Part shown: one piece after another, positions 55,235 to 64,000 of the stretch
Layout: the number at the start of each line of letters is the position of its first letter
Numbering within the stretch: the stretch's first letter is position 1
DNA from: an uncultured Muribaculaceae bacterium
GTDB lineage: Bacteria; Bacteroidota; Bacteroidia; Bacteroidales; Muribaculaceae
Direction: 5' to 3'
DNA length: 64,000 nt
Assembly: GCA_964018265.1 (NCBI GenBank)
Contig: CAXHOY010000008.1
Span: 9,605 to 73,604 of the forward strand
Translations under genes and position numbers: made by a program
Notes under the pieces: generated by a model
What the model was told of the DNA's origin: nothing
Seen by the model: the letters and a program-made list of their open reading frames with translations, nothing else
Databases searched by the model: none

Positions 55235-56497
55235 TCAGTCTGTGAGGATGTCGTTGAAGTATTGTCTGACATCGTTCCAGTGATAGAAGGGGGCGATGTC
55301 GGTGGAGACGGGGATTGAGACTTCCTGTTCGTTGAGTAGGATCTTGACGATGATGTCGTCTTTTTTGTTTTTGAAGAATATCAATTGGAGGTTTGCGGCC
55401 ATTGGAGAGATTTTGAAGTCTGCATAGACTTCGTGCAGTTTATAGGGGTCGTCTGTCGAGCCATAGCAGCCATCGACTTTCATCAGACCGACGAGAGGAA
55501 CGATACAACTGTCGTGGCCGAAGCGCAGGTCGGCACCGTGTTTGCCGCTTGCGATCATGGCTTCAGCGCTTTCAAGAATGTTTGTCAGGAGAGGTCGGGC
55601 GTTGTTCAGAATCGCGCCATTGGCCGATGTCGGGTTGGACATATGGTTGTAGTATCTGAAGTTGAATGCTCTCCATAGGTCGAAGCGTTCTTCGGTTGTG
55701 AAGATGTCGTCGAGACGGGTGTCAATGTCAGCGTTCGGTTGGTCGATCGATATCAGGAAAAGCTGACGCATGAGGGTTGGCGCGTCTATGCTTCTGGTGA
55801 AATCGTTGTCGACAAACAGTTCGTTCATCATTCGTCCGGGTTTTGTCATGGCTTTGTCAAATTCGGCTACGGCTTTTGCTGCCGGGCCGTCCCAACGGTT
55901 GAATTTGTTGGCTTCGGGAGTTACGTTGGCCATGTATTTCATGTAGCGCTTGCCTGATTCGCGGGGTATGTTGAGCGAAGGATTGAGTTCTTTGAGACCT
56001 TCGCAGAAAGCAGCCATGGAGTGGGCGCATCTCATCACGGTTGTTGATCTGGCAGTCATGACGGCGTCTTTGTCAAAGACGGCAGGGTAGGCGCGATACA
56101 TGCGTTGCGCTATATCGTGGTGCTGGGCATTGCCTTTGCGGGTGAGTTCACCGGAGCGGCCTTTTACGTCGTCCCAGATTGTTTCGAGGCGATGCATCAC
56201 TTCTCTACCTTTTGGGGTCAGAGATGCTGCGCTATCAGCGGAGTGGAATGTGGCGAGCGGTTTGCTGTAGTCTTCGTCGTTGACAAGATAGCGTGAGCCG
56301 TGTCTGCCGTAGTGGCTGATATAGAACGGCGCGTAGCCTTTGGGCGCTTTGGTGGTTTCGACTTTGCCGGTGACGGGATAAAGATAGTATAGTCCGCCTG
56401 TTTTGTCGGGGTCGCGTGATATCTCGTCGTAACTTGCCTGTCCGCTGGCTGTGAATGTCGCGGCTGCTGTCAGGAGCAGCAGGAATACTTTGCGCAT
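55235..56497 (-). CDS. Histidine acid phosphatase family exported protein
   Basis: Signal peptide; HYGRHGSRY (RHGxR), LT.KG..QH, R.AHSM, FGHD. Confidence 0.88.
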   Translation of the reverse strand: MRKVFLLLLTAAATFTASGQASYDEISRDPDKTGGLYYLYPVTGKVETTKAPKGYAPFYISHYGRHGSRYLVNDEDYSKPLATFHSADSAASLTPKGREVMHRLETIWDDVKGRSGELTRKGNAQHHDIAQRMYRAYPAVFDKDAVMTARSTTVMRCAHSMAAFCEGLKELNPSLNIPRESGKRYMKYMANVTPEANKFNRWDGPAAKAVAEFDKAMTKPGRMMNELFVDNDFTRSIDAPTLMRQLFLISIDQPNADIDTRLDDIFTTEERFDLWRAFNFRYYNHMSNPTSANGAILNNARPLLTNILESAEAMIASGKHGADLRFGHDSCIVPLVGLMKVDGCYGSTDDPYKLHEVYADFKISPMAANLQLIFFKNKKDDIIVKILLNEQEVSIPVSTDIAPFYHWNDVRQYFNDILTD

Positions 56498-56543
56498 TAG
56501 TTTTTAAGGTCTTGGGGTGATGAAAAAAGTATTTTGAAAATAA

Positions 56544-56589
56544 AGACTCCGGAATCTATACCGATCCGATGCGGCAGTTTCCGGAGTCT
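56544..56589 (-). terminator. Hairpin terminator
   Basis: AGACTCCGGAA / TTCCGGAGTCT stem. Confidence 0.6.
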
Positions 56590-56596
56590 CTTTATA

Positions 56597-57154
56597 TCAG
56601 TCATTGAAAGTGAGTTCGTCGAAACCTTCTTCGTCAAATTCGTCGGGGTTGAATTCGTTTTCACCATAGAACTCTTCATCGATGTCCTCGATCGAAGGTG
56701 TTGCGGTTTTGGCTTTGGCGTCGATCTTAGCATCAAACTCGTCCATGTCGACAATCTGTGCGGGAGCTTGTCCGAGTGAGAGTGTGCACACCGGGTCTTT
56801 GAGATTTTTGCCGGTGATTGTTTCCTTCATTTCGATAAAGAACGCTCTGTCGGTCATGTAGTCAAAAACATAGAGCATCTTCTGGCCTTCGTCTTCGATG
56901 AAATCGCTCAGGATGGTGTCTTCCATGAGCCATACGTCCTGGTCGGAGTCTGAGCCCATGTCTTCAAATGTGATTTCTTTTTCTTTTTCCCAATTGCGGT
57001 CGCAGAGAAAGAAAGAGCACATCTGATTTTTATCATATCCCACCGAGTTGCATATAGCGTTTTTCAGATCGAGAAACGTGGCGTCGGCGTCGATTTTGAT
57101 TTCTCTTTTGAAGTTGTCAACTTCGTCGGATACTATTCTGAAATTGAAAATCAT
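56597..57154 (-). CDS. pRiA4b ORF-3 / IS1096-passenger TnpR-like family protein (chromosomal Bacteroidetes type)
   Basis: FKREIKIDADATFLDLKNAI, SFFLCDRNWEKEKEI, YVFDYM, acidic C-terminal tail. Confidence 0.7.
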   Translation of the reverse strand: MIFNFRIVSDEVDNFKREIKIDADATFLDLKNAICNSVGYDKNQMCSFFLCDRNWEKEKEITFEDMGSDSDQDVWLMEDTILSDFIEDEGQKMLYVFDYMTDRAFFIEMKETITGKNLKDPVCTLSLGQAPAQIVDMDEFDAKIDAKAKTATPSIEDIDEEFYGENEFNPDEFDEEGFDELTFND

Positions 57155-57462
57155 ATGATACTATAATATATAAAGGAGTTGGTCTTTGTTTTTGTTATTT
57201 ATGCTGCGAAGTTAGTAATATGTCAGAATCTGTGCAAAAAAAAATGTTCATTTTTTTTTCTGCTTGTTGTAAAGATTGAAAATGCCTTTTGCGGTATAAC
57301 GTTGTCGCGGTTGAGTTTGTGCTTGGTGCTGCGTCATTTTTATCGGAGGATTAAATATTTATTTTGTCAGAGACAAAGTTTTTTGTTATATTCGCGGAAA
57401 ATTACCTACCCGGTTTTAATAATAATTAATAAGTAGAAAGAAAATTCTTCCATTGAATTGCC

Positions 57463-57921
57463 ATGAACAAGCAAAATTTTGACGCTCTGGATCTTAAAAT
57501 ACTTGGTGATCTGTCGACAAGTGCGAGAAAGCCTTATCTTGAAATAGCGAGAGAGTTTGGTGTGTCGGGTGCCGCCGTGCATCAGCGCATACAGAAACTT
57601 CTGTCCAACGGTGTCATCATCGGTTCGGAGTGTCTGATCGAGCCTACGGCCCTGGGATATGAGACTTGTGCTTATGTAGGTCTTTATCTGAGAGAACCGT
57701 CGCAGTCGACTGAGGTTATAGAGAAACTCAAGGCTATCCCTGAAATTGTCGAGTGCCATTTCACGACAGGCCGATATGATATATTCATCAAGTTGGTGGC
57801 AAGCAACAATGAGCATCTGCTCCATCTGCTTCAGGATGTCATCCAGCCTCTCGGCATGGCTCGCACTGAGACCCTGATGTCGTTCAGGCAGGTGTTCAAG
57901 CGTCCATTGCCTGTCAGATAA
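57463..57921 (+). CDS. asnC: Lrp/AsnC family transcriptional regulator
   Basis: LDLKIL..L...AR..Y.EIA..FGVS.AAVHQRIQKL HTH; PEIVECHFTTGRYD. Confidence 0.9.
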   Translation: MNKQNFDALDLKILGDLSTSARKPYLEIAREFGVSGAAVHQRIQKLLSNGVIIGSECLIEPTALGYETCAYVGLYLREPSQSTEVIEKLKAIPEIVECHFTTGRYDIFIKLVASNNEHLLHLLQDVIQPLGMARTETLMSFRQVFKRPLPVR

Positions 57922-58104
57922 GATAAGTTGTTTGCAGACATTGCGAACTGCCGCTTGAAAAAATATTTTATCAATGGCTTTTGAAATAATTTATTAATTT
58001 TGTAGCGTAATAAGGTGTGACCGGTTTCGTTCGGTCGCCTCATTGCGTTCATGGATTTATGAAATAAAGAAATAGAATATTAACCACATTACATTATTTA
58101 CACA

Positions 58105-58527
58105 ATGGATATCAGCCATATCGAACACATCGGCATCGCCGTTCCTTCGCTCGACGAAGCCATTCCCTTCTATGAAAAAATGCTCGGTTTCAAGTGCTTT
58201 GCAATCGAGGAAGTAGCAGACCAGAAAGTGCGTACGGCATTCTTCAAAGTCGGCCAGACCAAGCTCGAACTTCTTGAAGGTACATCTGAAGACAGCGCCA
58301 TCTCTAAGTTTATTGCCAACAATGGTGGCCGTGGTGGCGTCCAGCATATCGCATTCGCTGTTGAAAGCGGAGTCGCCAATGCTCTCGAAGAAGTGCAGGA
58401 AAAAGGATGCCGTGTTATCGACAAGGCTCCCCGCAAGGGCGCAGAAGGCCTCAACATCGCGTTCCTTCACCCGAAATCGACCATCGGTACGCTCATCGAG
58501 CTTTGTGAGGATCCCAAGAAGGCTTAA
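58105..58527 (+). CDS. mce: Methylmalonyl-CoA epimerase
   Basis: IEHIGIAVPSL, KLELLE, GVQHIAF, IAFLHPKST.GTLIEL (VOC fold). Confidence 0.95.
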   Translation: MDISHIEHIGIAVPSLDEAIPFYEKMLGFKCFAIEEVADQKVRTAFFKVGQTKLELLEGTSEDSAISKFIANNGGRGGVQHIAFAVESGVANALEEVQEKGCRVIDKAPRKGAEGLNIAFLHPKSTIGTLIELCEDPKKA

Positions 58528-58569
58528 CAGACAGACAAAATAGAAAATATTCAACCAATTACTATCAAA

Positions 58570-60123
58570 ATGAGCAGTCAACTCGAAAAAGTAAAAGAGT
58601 TAATCGAGCTGCGTGCGCAGGCACGCATAGGCGGTGGTGAAAAGGCAATAGAGAAGCAGCATGAACGTGGCAAATATACAGCCCGCGAACGTATCGCACA
58701 GCTTCTCGACGAGGGTTCGTTTGAAGAACTCGACATGTTTGTGCGTCACCGCTGTACAAACTTCGGACAAGAAAAGAAATCGTTTCTCGGCGACGGCGTT
58801 GTGACCGGTTATGGCACAATCGACGGACGTCTCGTGTATGTATTTGCCCAGGACTTCACTGTCTTCGGTGGATCGCTTTCAGAAACGATGGCACTTAAAA
58901 TCTGCAAGGTCATGGACATGGCCATGAAGATGGGTGCACCTGTCATCGGTCTTAATGACTCGGGCGGCGCGCGTATTCAGGAAGGTATCAACGCACTCGC
59001 AGGCTATGCCGAGATTTTCCAACGTAATATCCTTGCATCTGGTGTGATACCTCAGATTTCAGCTATCCTCGGTCCCTGTGCCGGCGGTGCTGTATATTCA
59101 CCAGCATTGACCGACTTCACCATCATGGCAAAGGGCATCTCATACATGTTCCTCACCGGTCCGAAGGTTGTGAAGACAGTCACAGGTGAAGACGTTACCC
59201 AAGATGCTCTCGGCGGTGCGGAAGTGCATTCGTCAAAGAGCGGTGTCTGCCATTTTGCAGCCGACGACGGTGAGCATGCAATCAAAATCATCCGTAAACT
59301 CTTCTCTTACATACCTCAGAACAATCTCGAGGAGCCGCCGTTGGTTGAGTGCAACGATCCGATTGACCGTCTTGAGGATTCGCTCAACGATATCATCCCC
59401 GATTCGCCCAACCGTCCCTACGATATGTATGAGGTGATAGGTGCAATTGTCGACAATGGCGAATTCCTCGAAATCCAACGCGACTATGCAAAGAATATCA
59501 TCGTCGGATTTGCACGTTTCAACGGCCAGACAGTCGGCATAGTTGCCAACCAACCCAAATATCTTGCAGGTGTGCTTGACAGCAATGCATCTCGTAAAGG
59601 CGCCCGTTTCGTGAGGTTCTGCGATGCATTCAATATTCCTCTGGTTACACTCGTCGATGTCCCCGGTTTCCTTCCCGGCACAGGTCAGGAATACAATGGT
59701 GTCATTCTCCACGGTGCGAAACTCCTCTACGCCTACGGAGAGGCTACTGTGCCCAAGGTTACCGTCACCCTCCGCAAGAGCTATGGTGGCAGCCATATCG
59801 TGATGAGCTGCAAGCAGCTTCGCGGTGACATGAACTATGCATGGCCTACGGCAGAAATCGCTGTTATGGGCGGTGCGGGTGCAGTCGAGGTCCTCTATGC
59901 CAAGGAAGCTAAGGCATCAGAAGATCCGGCCAAAGTGCTTAAAGAGAAAGAAGCCGAATACAACAAACTTTTCTGCAACCCCTACAATGCTGCTAAATAT
60001 GGATATATCGATGATGTCATCGAACCGCGTAACACACGTTTCCGCGTGATCCGTGCACTGCAGCAGCTTGCAACCAAGAAAGTTACAAATCCGGCTAAAA
60101 AGCACGGCAACATTCCTCTCTAA
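58570..60123 (+). CDS. mmdA: Methylmalonyl-CoA decarboxylase alpha (carboxyltransferase) subunit
   Basis: [60 protein letters not shown]. Confidence 0.92.
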   Translation: MSSQLEKVKELIELRAQARIGGGEKAIEKQHERGKYTARERIAQLLDEGSFEELDMFVRHRCTNFGQEKKSFLGDGVVTGYGTIDGRLVYVFAQDFTVFGGSLSETMALKICKVMDMAMKMGAPVIGLNDSGGARIQEGINALAGYAEIFQRNILASGVIPQISAILGPCAGGAVYSPALTDFTIMAKGISYMFLTGPKVVKTVTGEDVTQDALGGAEVHSSKSGVCHFAADDGEHAIKIIRKLFSYIPQNNLEEPPLVECNDPIDRLEDSLNDIIPDSPNRPYDMYEVIGAIVDNGEFLEIQRDYAKNIIVGFARFNGQTVGIVANQPKYLAGVLDSNASRKGARFVRFCDAFNIPLVTLVDVPGFLPGTGQEYNGVILHGAKLLYAYGEATVPKVTVTLRKSYGGSHIVMSCKQLRGDMNYAWPTAEIAVMGGAGAVEVLYAKEAKASEDPAKVLKEKEAEYNKLFCNPYNAAKYGYIDDVIEPRNTRFRVIRALQQLATKKVTNPAKKHGNIPL

Positions 60124-60161
60124 TATTGCGACAATCTTATTCGCTCATAAAGCAAATATCT

Positions 60162-61076
60162 ATGAAAAGAAAAATATTTTTGGCCGCCATTCTCGTTGCC
60201 GCAGCAGCCGCAACGTCCTTTGCTCAAGGACGCAAAGCCCTGCGCATCAATGAGGTCATGGTGCAGAACGAATCAAGCATTGTCGATGATTATGGCGAAC
60301 GTCATGGTTGGATTGAACTTTTCAACTCCAACTTTGCTCCTCTCGAGATCTCGAGCGTCTATATCACCAACGATTCGACCCAGAAAAAGAAATATCCCGT
60401 GCCCCTGGGCGATGTGAACACACGCATCGCGAAGCGTCAGCATGTGGTGTTCTTTGCAGATGGTCAGCCTGACAAAGGCACATTCCACATGAATTTTGTT
60501 CTCGAACCCGGCAAGGACAACTGGATAGGCATTTATGATGCCGACGGTCAGACTCTGATCGATCAGGTTGTAGTTCCGGCATCACTCGAGGCCGACAACA
60601 GTTTTGCCCGTGATGCTGACGGTGAAGACGGATGGTCTGTACGCGACGGCAAGTCTGCCTACATCACACCGTCAAGTGCCAACATCATCCGCGACACCAA
60701 CAAGAAAATCGAGATTTTTGCAGATCTTGATGGAAATGGTTTCGGCATGACTGTTATGGCGATGTGCATTGTGTTCAGCGCACTCCTTCTGCTCTGCCTG
60801 TGTTTCTATGCGATCGGCAAGATCGGGGCTTCAGTGTCACGTCTCAACAAGATGAAAGCTCATGGTGTGGAGAAGCATGAAGTTGACGAAGATTTCCGTC
60901 CGCATGACTCAGGCGAGGAGATTGCAGCTATCGTAATGGCTCTCCATGACCATCTCGACGCTCATGACACTGAAAACACGATCCTGACTATTAATAAAGT
61001 GAAACGCGCGTATTCGCCCTGGAGCTCCAAGATCTATGGTCTTCGTGAAGTGCCAGATGTGAACCATCGCCGTTAA
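60162..61076 (+). CDS. mmdD: Decarboxylase delta/gamma (OadG-like) subunit with N-terminal lamin-tail-like domain
   Basis: Signal peptide from MKRKIF; INEVM..N, WIELFN lamin-tail motif; TM AMCIVFSALLLL; EEIAAIVMAL...SPWS. Confidence 0.75.
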   Translation: MKRKIFLAAILVAAAAATSFAQGRKALRINEVMVQNESSIVDDYGERHGWIELFNSNFAPLEISSVYITNDSTQKKKYPVPLGDVNTRIAKRQHVVFFADGQPDKGTFHMNFVLEPGKDNWIGIYDADGQTLIDQVVVPASLEADNSFARDADGEDGWSVRDGKSAYITPSSANIIRDTNKKIEIFADLDGNGFGMTVMAMCIVFSALLLLCLCFYAIGKIGASVSRLNKMKAHGVEKHEVDEDFRPHDSGEEIAAIVMALHDHLDAHDTENTILTINKVKRAYSPWSSKIYGLREVPDVNHRR

Positions 61077-61111
61077 TTTCCCCGCATTTTTAATTTTAAA
61101 CCGACTAACAA

Positions 61112-61549
61112 ATGAAAGAGTATAAATATAAAATCAACGGCAACCTTTATAAAGTAGCCGTGGGCGACATTGACGGCAACGTGGCTCAGGTCGAAGTCAA
61201 TGGTGTGCCTTATAAAGTAGAACTTGAGGAACAGACTGCAAGCAAAGTAAAAGCAGTCAGCGCACCTCGCCCCACAGCTGCACCTCGCACAGCGAGCGGT
61301 GAGAAAGTGATAGCCAAACCTGCCGCTACAGGTACGGGCGCTGCAGTCAAGGCTCCGCTGCCAGGTGTTGTTCTTTCAATACCCGTCAAGGTTGGCGACA
61401 TGGTCAAGGCCTCGGATACTGTTGTCATGCTTGAAGCCATGAAGATGGAAAATGCCATCCATGCGGGCCGTGATGGCAAAGTGGCTTCAATCAATGTCGC
61501 TGCCGGTGAATCAGTGCTTGAAGGTGCAGTTCTTATCACAATCGAATAA
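61112..61549 (+). CDS. mmdC: Biotin carboxyl carrier subunit
   Basis: Ala/Pro linker, APLPGVV, biotinylation motif EAMKMEN. Confidence 0.95.
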   Translation: MKEYKYKINGNLYKVAVGDIDGNVAQVEVNGVPYKVELEEQTASKVKAVSAPRPTAAPRTASGEKVIAKPAATGTGAAVKAPLPGVVLSIPVKVGDMVKASDTVVMLEAMKMENAIHAGRDGKVASINVAAGESVLEGAVLITIE

Positions 61550-61560
61550 TCGTATCCGAT

Positions 61561-62718
61561 ATGTCATTTGGTGATTTCTTAATGAGCAACCTGCAACAGT
61601 TCTGGGAACTGACAGGTTTCGCCAATGCCGAAATAGGCAACTTCGTCATGCTTGCCATAGGCCTCTTCTTTATATGGCTTGCCATCAAGAAGAATTTCGA
61701 GCCTATGCTGCTTGTGCCTATCGGTTTCGGTATACTTATCGGTAATGTTCCGTTCAACACAGGTGCCGGCCTCGAAATCGGCATCTATGAAGAAGGTTCG
61801 GTACTCAACATTCTCTACAACGGTGTAAGTGCCGGATGGTATCCTCCCCTGATTTTCCTCGGAATTGGAGCGATGACCGATTTCTCGGCATTGATTGCCA
61901 ATCCTAAACTGATGCTAATCGGTGCAGCAGCGCAATTTGGTATTTTCGGAGCGTATATGGTGGCTCTTGCCCTCGGTTTCGCTCCTGATCAGGCCGGTGC
62001 GATTGCGATTATCGGTGGTGCCGACGGTCCTACCGCCATCTTCCTGTCGTCGAAACTCGCACCAAACCTTATGGGTGCAATCGCAGTCTCTGCCTATAGC
62101 TACATGGCGCTTGTGCCTGTCATCCAGCCGCCGTTGATGCGTCTGTTCACGACAAAGAAGGAACGTTTGATCAGAATGAAACCGGCTCGTGCCGTGTCTC
62201 AGAATGAGAAAATCATATTCCCGATCGTCGGTATGCTTCTGACTTGTTTTGTCGTGCCCTCAGGCCTGCCTCTTCTCGGCATGCTGTTCTTCGGCAATTT
62301 GCTCCGTGAATGTGGTGTGACAACCCGTCTTGCAAAGACTGCAAGCAACGCGTTGACCGATATCGTCACAATTCTTCTCGGCATGACAGTCGGAGCTTCG
62401 ACTCAGGCTTCGCAGTTCCTTACGCTTGAGACTATCGGTATTTTCTTCCTCGGTTTCATGGCGTTCATCATCGCTTCGTCGTCGGGCGTATTGTTTGTCA
62501 AACTGTTCAACCTCGTGTTGCCCAAGGACAAGAAAATCAATCCGCTTATCGGCAATGCCGGTGTTTCGGCTGTGCCTATGTCGGCACGTATTTCAAATGA
62601 CCTCGGTCTTAAATATGATCCCTCCAACTACCTGCTCATGCATGCCATGGGTCCGAATGTTGCGGGTGTCATAGGTTCGGCCGTAGCGGCAGGTGTGCTT
62701 CTCGGCTTCCTTGCCTGA
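61561..62718 (+). CDS. mmdB: Na+-translocating decarboxylase beta subunit
   Basis: EPMLLVPIGFG, GIGAMTDF, IIGGADGPT, AYSYMALVP, GVSAVPMSAR, HAMGPNVAGVIGS. Confidence 0.95.
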   Translation: MSFGDFLMSNLQQFWELTGFANAEIGNFVMLAIGLFFIWLAIKKNFEPMLLVPIGFGILIGNVPFNTGAGLEIGIYEEGSVLNILYNGVSAGWYPPLIFLGIGAMTDFSALIANPKLMLIGAAAQFGIFGAYMVALALGFAPDQAGAIAIIGGADGPTAIFLSSKLAPNLMGAIAVSAYSYMALVPVIQPPLMRLFTTKKERLIRMKPARAVSQNEKIIFPIVGMLLTCFVVPSGLPLLGMLFFGNLLRECGVTTRLAKTASNALTDIVTILLGMTVGASTQASQFLTLETIGIFFLGFMAFIIASSSGVLFVKLFNLVLPKDKKINPLIGNAGVSAVPMSARISNDLGLKYDPSNYLLMHAMGPNVAGVIGSAVAAGVLLGFLA

Positions 62719-62729
62719 TAAATGTTTAG

Positions 62730-62764
62730 ACGCGCCCTTGCGGATATCTTCTGCAGGGGCGCGT
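62730..62764 (+). terminator. Terminator of mmd operon
   Basis: ACGCGCCCTTGC / GCAGGGGCGCGT GC-rich stem. Confidence 0.7.
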
Positions 62765-62921
62765 TCTATATATAATTTATTGTTTGTTCCAGCCAAACAA
62801 ATATCGCGTTCAGCGGTTATAATTATACGACGGTCATTCATCAACATCCATGCTGCGCTCATGTCTGGAGGCTGAGACAACTCCGTTGCGATATATTATC
62901 CGACAATCAGAAAAATGAGTT

Positions 62922-63278
62922 ATGATTACAAAACAGGTTATAGAAACGTTATATAAGAAATATAACAAGCGTCCCAAGAGTCCCGACTGTCTGGATTTCG
63001 GCTTATTGTTTGACTCAATATCCGATTATCATGATATCTCAGTCGATATGGACACAGATGAACTGGTGATTCATGACCTTGGCGAGATGTCACCCTTCTA
63101 TAAGTTGCCGTTGTCGAAAATACATGCTATAGTCCCTTTTGAGGAGTGGGTGGCCATCGTGCTCCATTCGTCAATTGTTTTCCTCAACCGTAAGTCAAAT
63201 AAGGTCTCTGTGCATGTCAAGGAGCCGAAACTCTCGTTTGTCGACCGTCTTCGGATGTCTTTGTCAAAAGATGAATAA
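62922..63278 (+). CDS. Conserved hypothetical protein
   Basis: 118-aa ORF with plausible composition, followed by a strong terminator; no domain recognised. Confidence 0.7.
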   Translation: MITKQVIETLYKKYNKRPKSPDCLDFGLLFDSISDYHDISVDMDTDELVIHDLGEMSPFYKLPLSKIHAIVPFEEWVAIVLHSSIVFLNRKSNKVSVHVKEPKLSFVDRLRMSLSKDE

Positions 63279-63330
63279 TGAGCGGCATGATATGACAACG
63301 CTGTAATAACGAAACCATAATAAATATAGG

Positions 63331-63378
63331 ACAGCATCGCGCCCCGATCGGAAATAGACCGGGGCGCGATGCTGTTTT
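63331..63378. terminator. Bidirectional terminator
   Basis: ACAGCATCGCGCCCCG / CGGGGCGCGATGCTGT perfect 16-bp stem between convergent genes. Confidence 0.9.
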
Positions 63379-63386
63379 GGTGGTTA

Positions 63387-63998
63387 TTATTTCTTGGGCT
63401 GGATGTTGAGTCTGTACTGGACTGTTACGATGAAGTAGCGGGGAAGGGAGTTGGTGTAGGTGATAGTGCGTCCTGTAGCAGTTACAGCGTAATCGACATT
63501 TGACAGATTGTGGAGCAGGTCGAAGCCATCGGCGCTTATGACCCAGTGTTTGTTGCGTGGCGGGGCATAGGTGAGTCTAAGGTTCCAGACCGCATCTGTG
63601 GTGTCAAGTTCCCTGACGCCATATCCGACGCGCTTATAGAAGTTGAGGTCGGTCGAAATGCCGAAGCCTGCGGGGAGCGAGAATATGCCGCTGATGCCGT
63701 ATTTGTAGTGCTGCGCGTCGATGGTGTTGAAATCAGGACGTTCGGAAGATGTGTGGCGATGTGTGACAGCTCCATTGATTCTCAATGTCTGTTTCCCTAT
63801 CTTGTAAGCGAGCATGAGGTCTTCGGTAAGCCCGAGATTCCGCACCTGGGCTTTGACCGGCGCTTCAAGATTTATGCCGACCATGTCCGTATTGTTGTTA
63901 AGCGAGAATGATGTTCCGGAGCCAAAAGAGAATTGTTTCTGCCGCCCGAACTCCCAGTTGAAGGAGTTCATGAGACGGAAATTGGTGTTGCCGTCTAC
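63387..63998 (-). CDS. C-terminal part of an outer-membrane beta-barrel protein (truncated by window edge)
   Basis: Alternating beta-strand pattern, DLLHNLS, PRYFIVTVQYRL terminus; frame is open to the window end. Confidence 0.75.
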   Translation of the reverse strand, partial: VDGNTNFRLMNSFNWEFGRQKQFSFGSGTSFSLNNNTDMVGINLEAPVKAQVRNLGLTEDLMLAYKIGKQTLRINGAVTHRHTSSERPDFNTIDAQHYKYGISGIFSLPAGFGISTDLNFYKRVGYGVRELDTTDAVWNLRLTYAPPRNKHWVISADGFDLLHNLSNVDYAVTATGRTITYTNSLPRYFIVTVQYRLNIQPKK

Positions 63999-64000
63999 GT

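Noticed and set aside
54486-55240. Integrated element at the tRNA-Cys 3' end
   Set aside because: No duplicated tRNA 3' end (attR) found downstream and no integrase; the tRNA terminator is intact
56597-57154. Mobile element, suggested by the 'IS1096 passenger/pRiA4b' family name
   Set aside because: No transposase, TIRs or compositional shift; it behaves like an ordinary chromosomal gene with its own terminator

Overview
Mostly core chromosome of a gut Bacteroidales bacterium. Muribaculaceae-like is my inference from gene content and the repeated TAnnTTTG -7 promoters. Recognisable housekeeping genes: nhaD, ompA-like, tricorn S41 and DPP-IV peptidases, efp, miaA, greA/HIT, fadD, lptD, mazG-topB-Nudix, dsbD, the T9SS translocon sprA next to ruvA, tRNA-Cys(GCA), and the asnC-mce-mmdA/D/C/B Na+-pumping methylmalonyl-CoA decarboxylase operon. 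Two real small genes are missing from the ORF track: a 2x[4Fe-4S] ferredoxin and a FeoB-associated-type Cys-rich membrane peptide. The most unusual material: (i) a ~1.7 kb accessory island (30.83-32.48 kb) with an AT-rich lipoprotein gene, a 294-bp nested palindrome and a 201-bp attC-like hairpin, with no integrase in the window; (ii) a long coiled-coil protein ending in the beta-clamp motif QLSLF; (iii) a Dam-family methylase paired with an Mrr_N-like/HNH nuclease; (iv) a fused ABC-ATPase/TOPRIM (PARIS/OLD-like) gene with a degenerate Walker B, coupled to nhaD; (v) a 206-bp MITE with TTA duplication just upstream of a glycosyltransferase start; (vi) a palindromic repeat family that overlaps -33/-7 promoters; (vii) an orphan transcription unit with a pseudoknot-capable leader beside the tRNA. 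All family assignments come from motif recognition by eye; no database searches were run.
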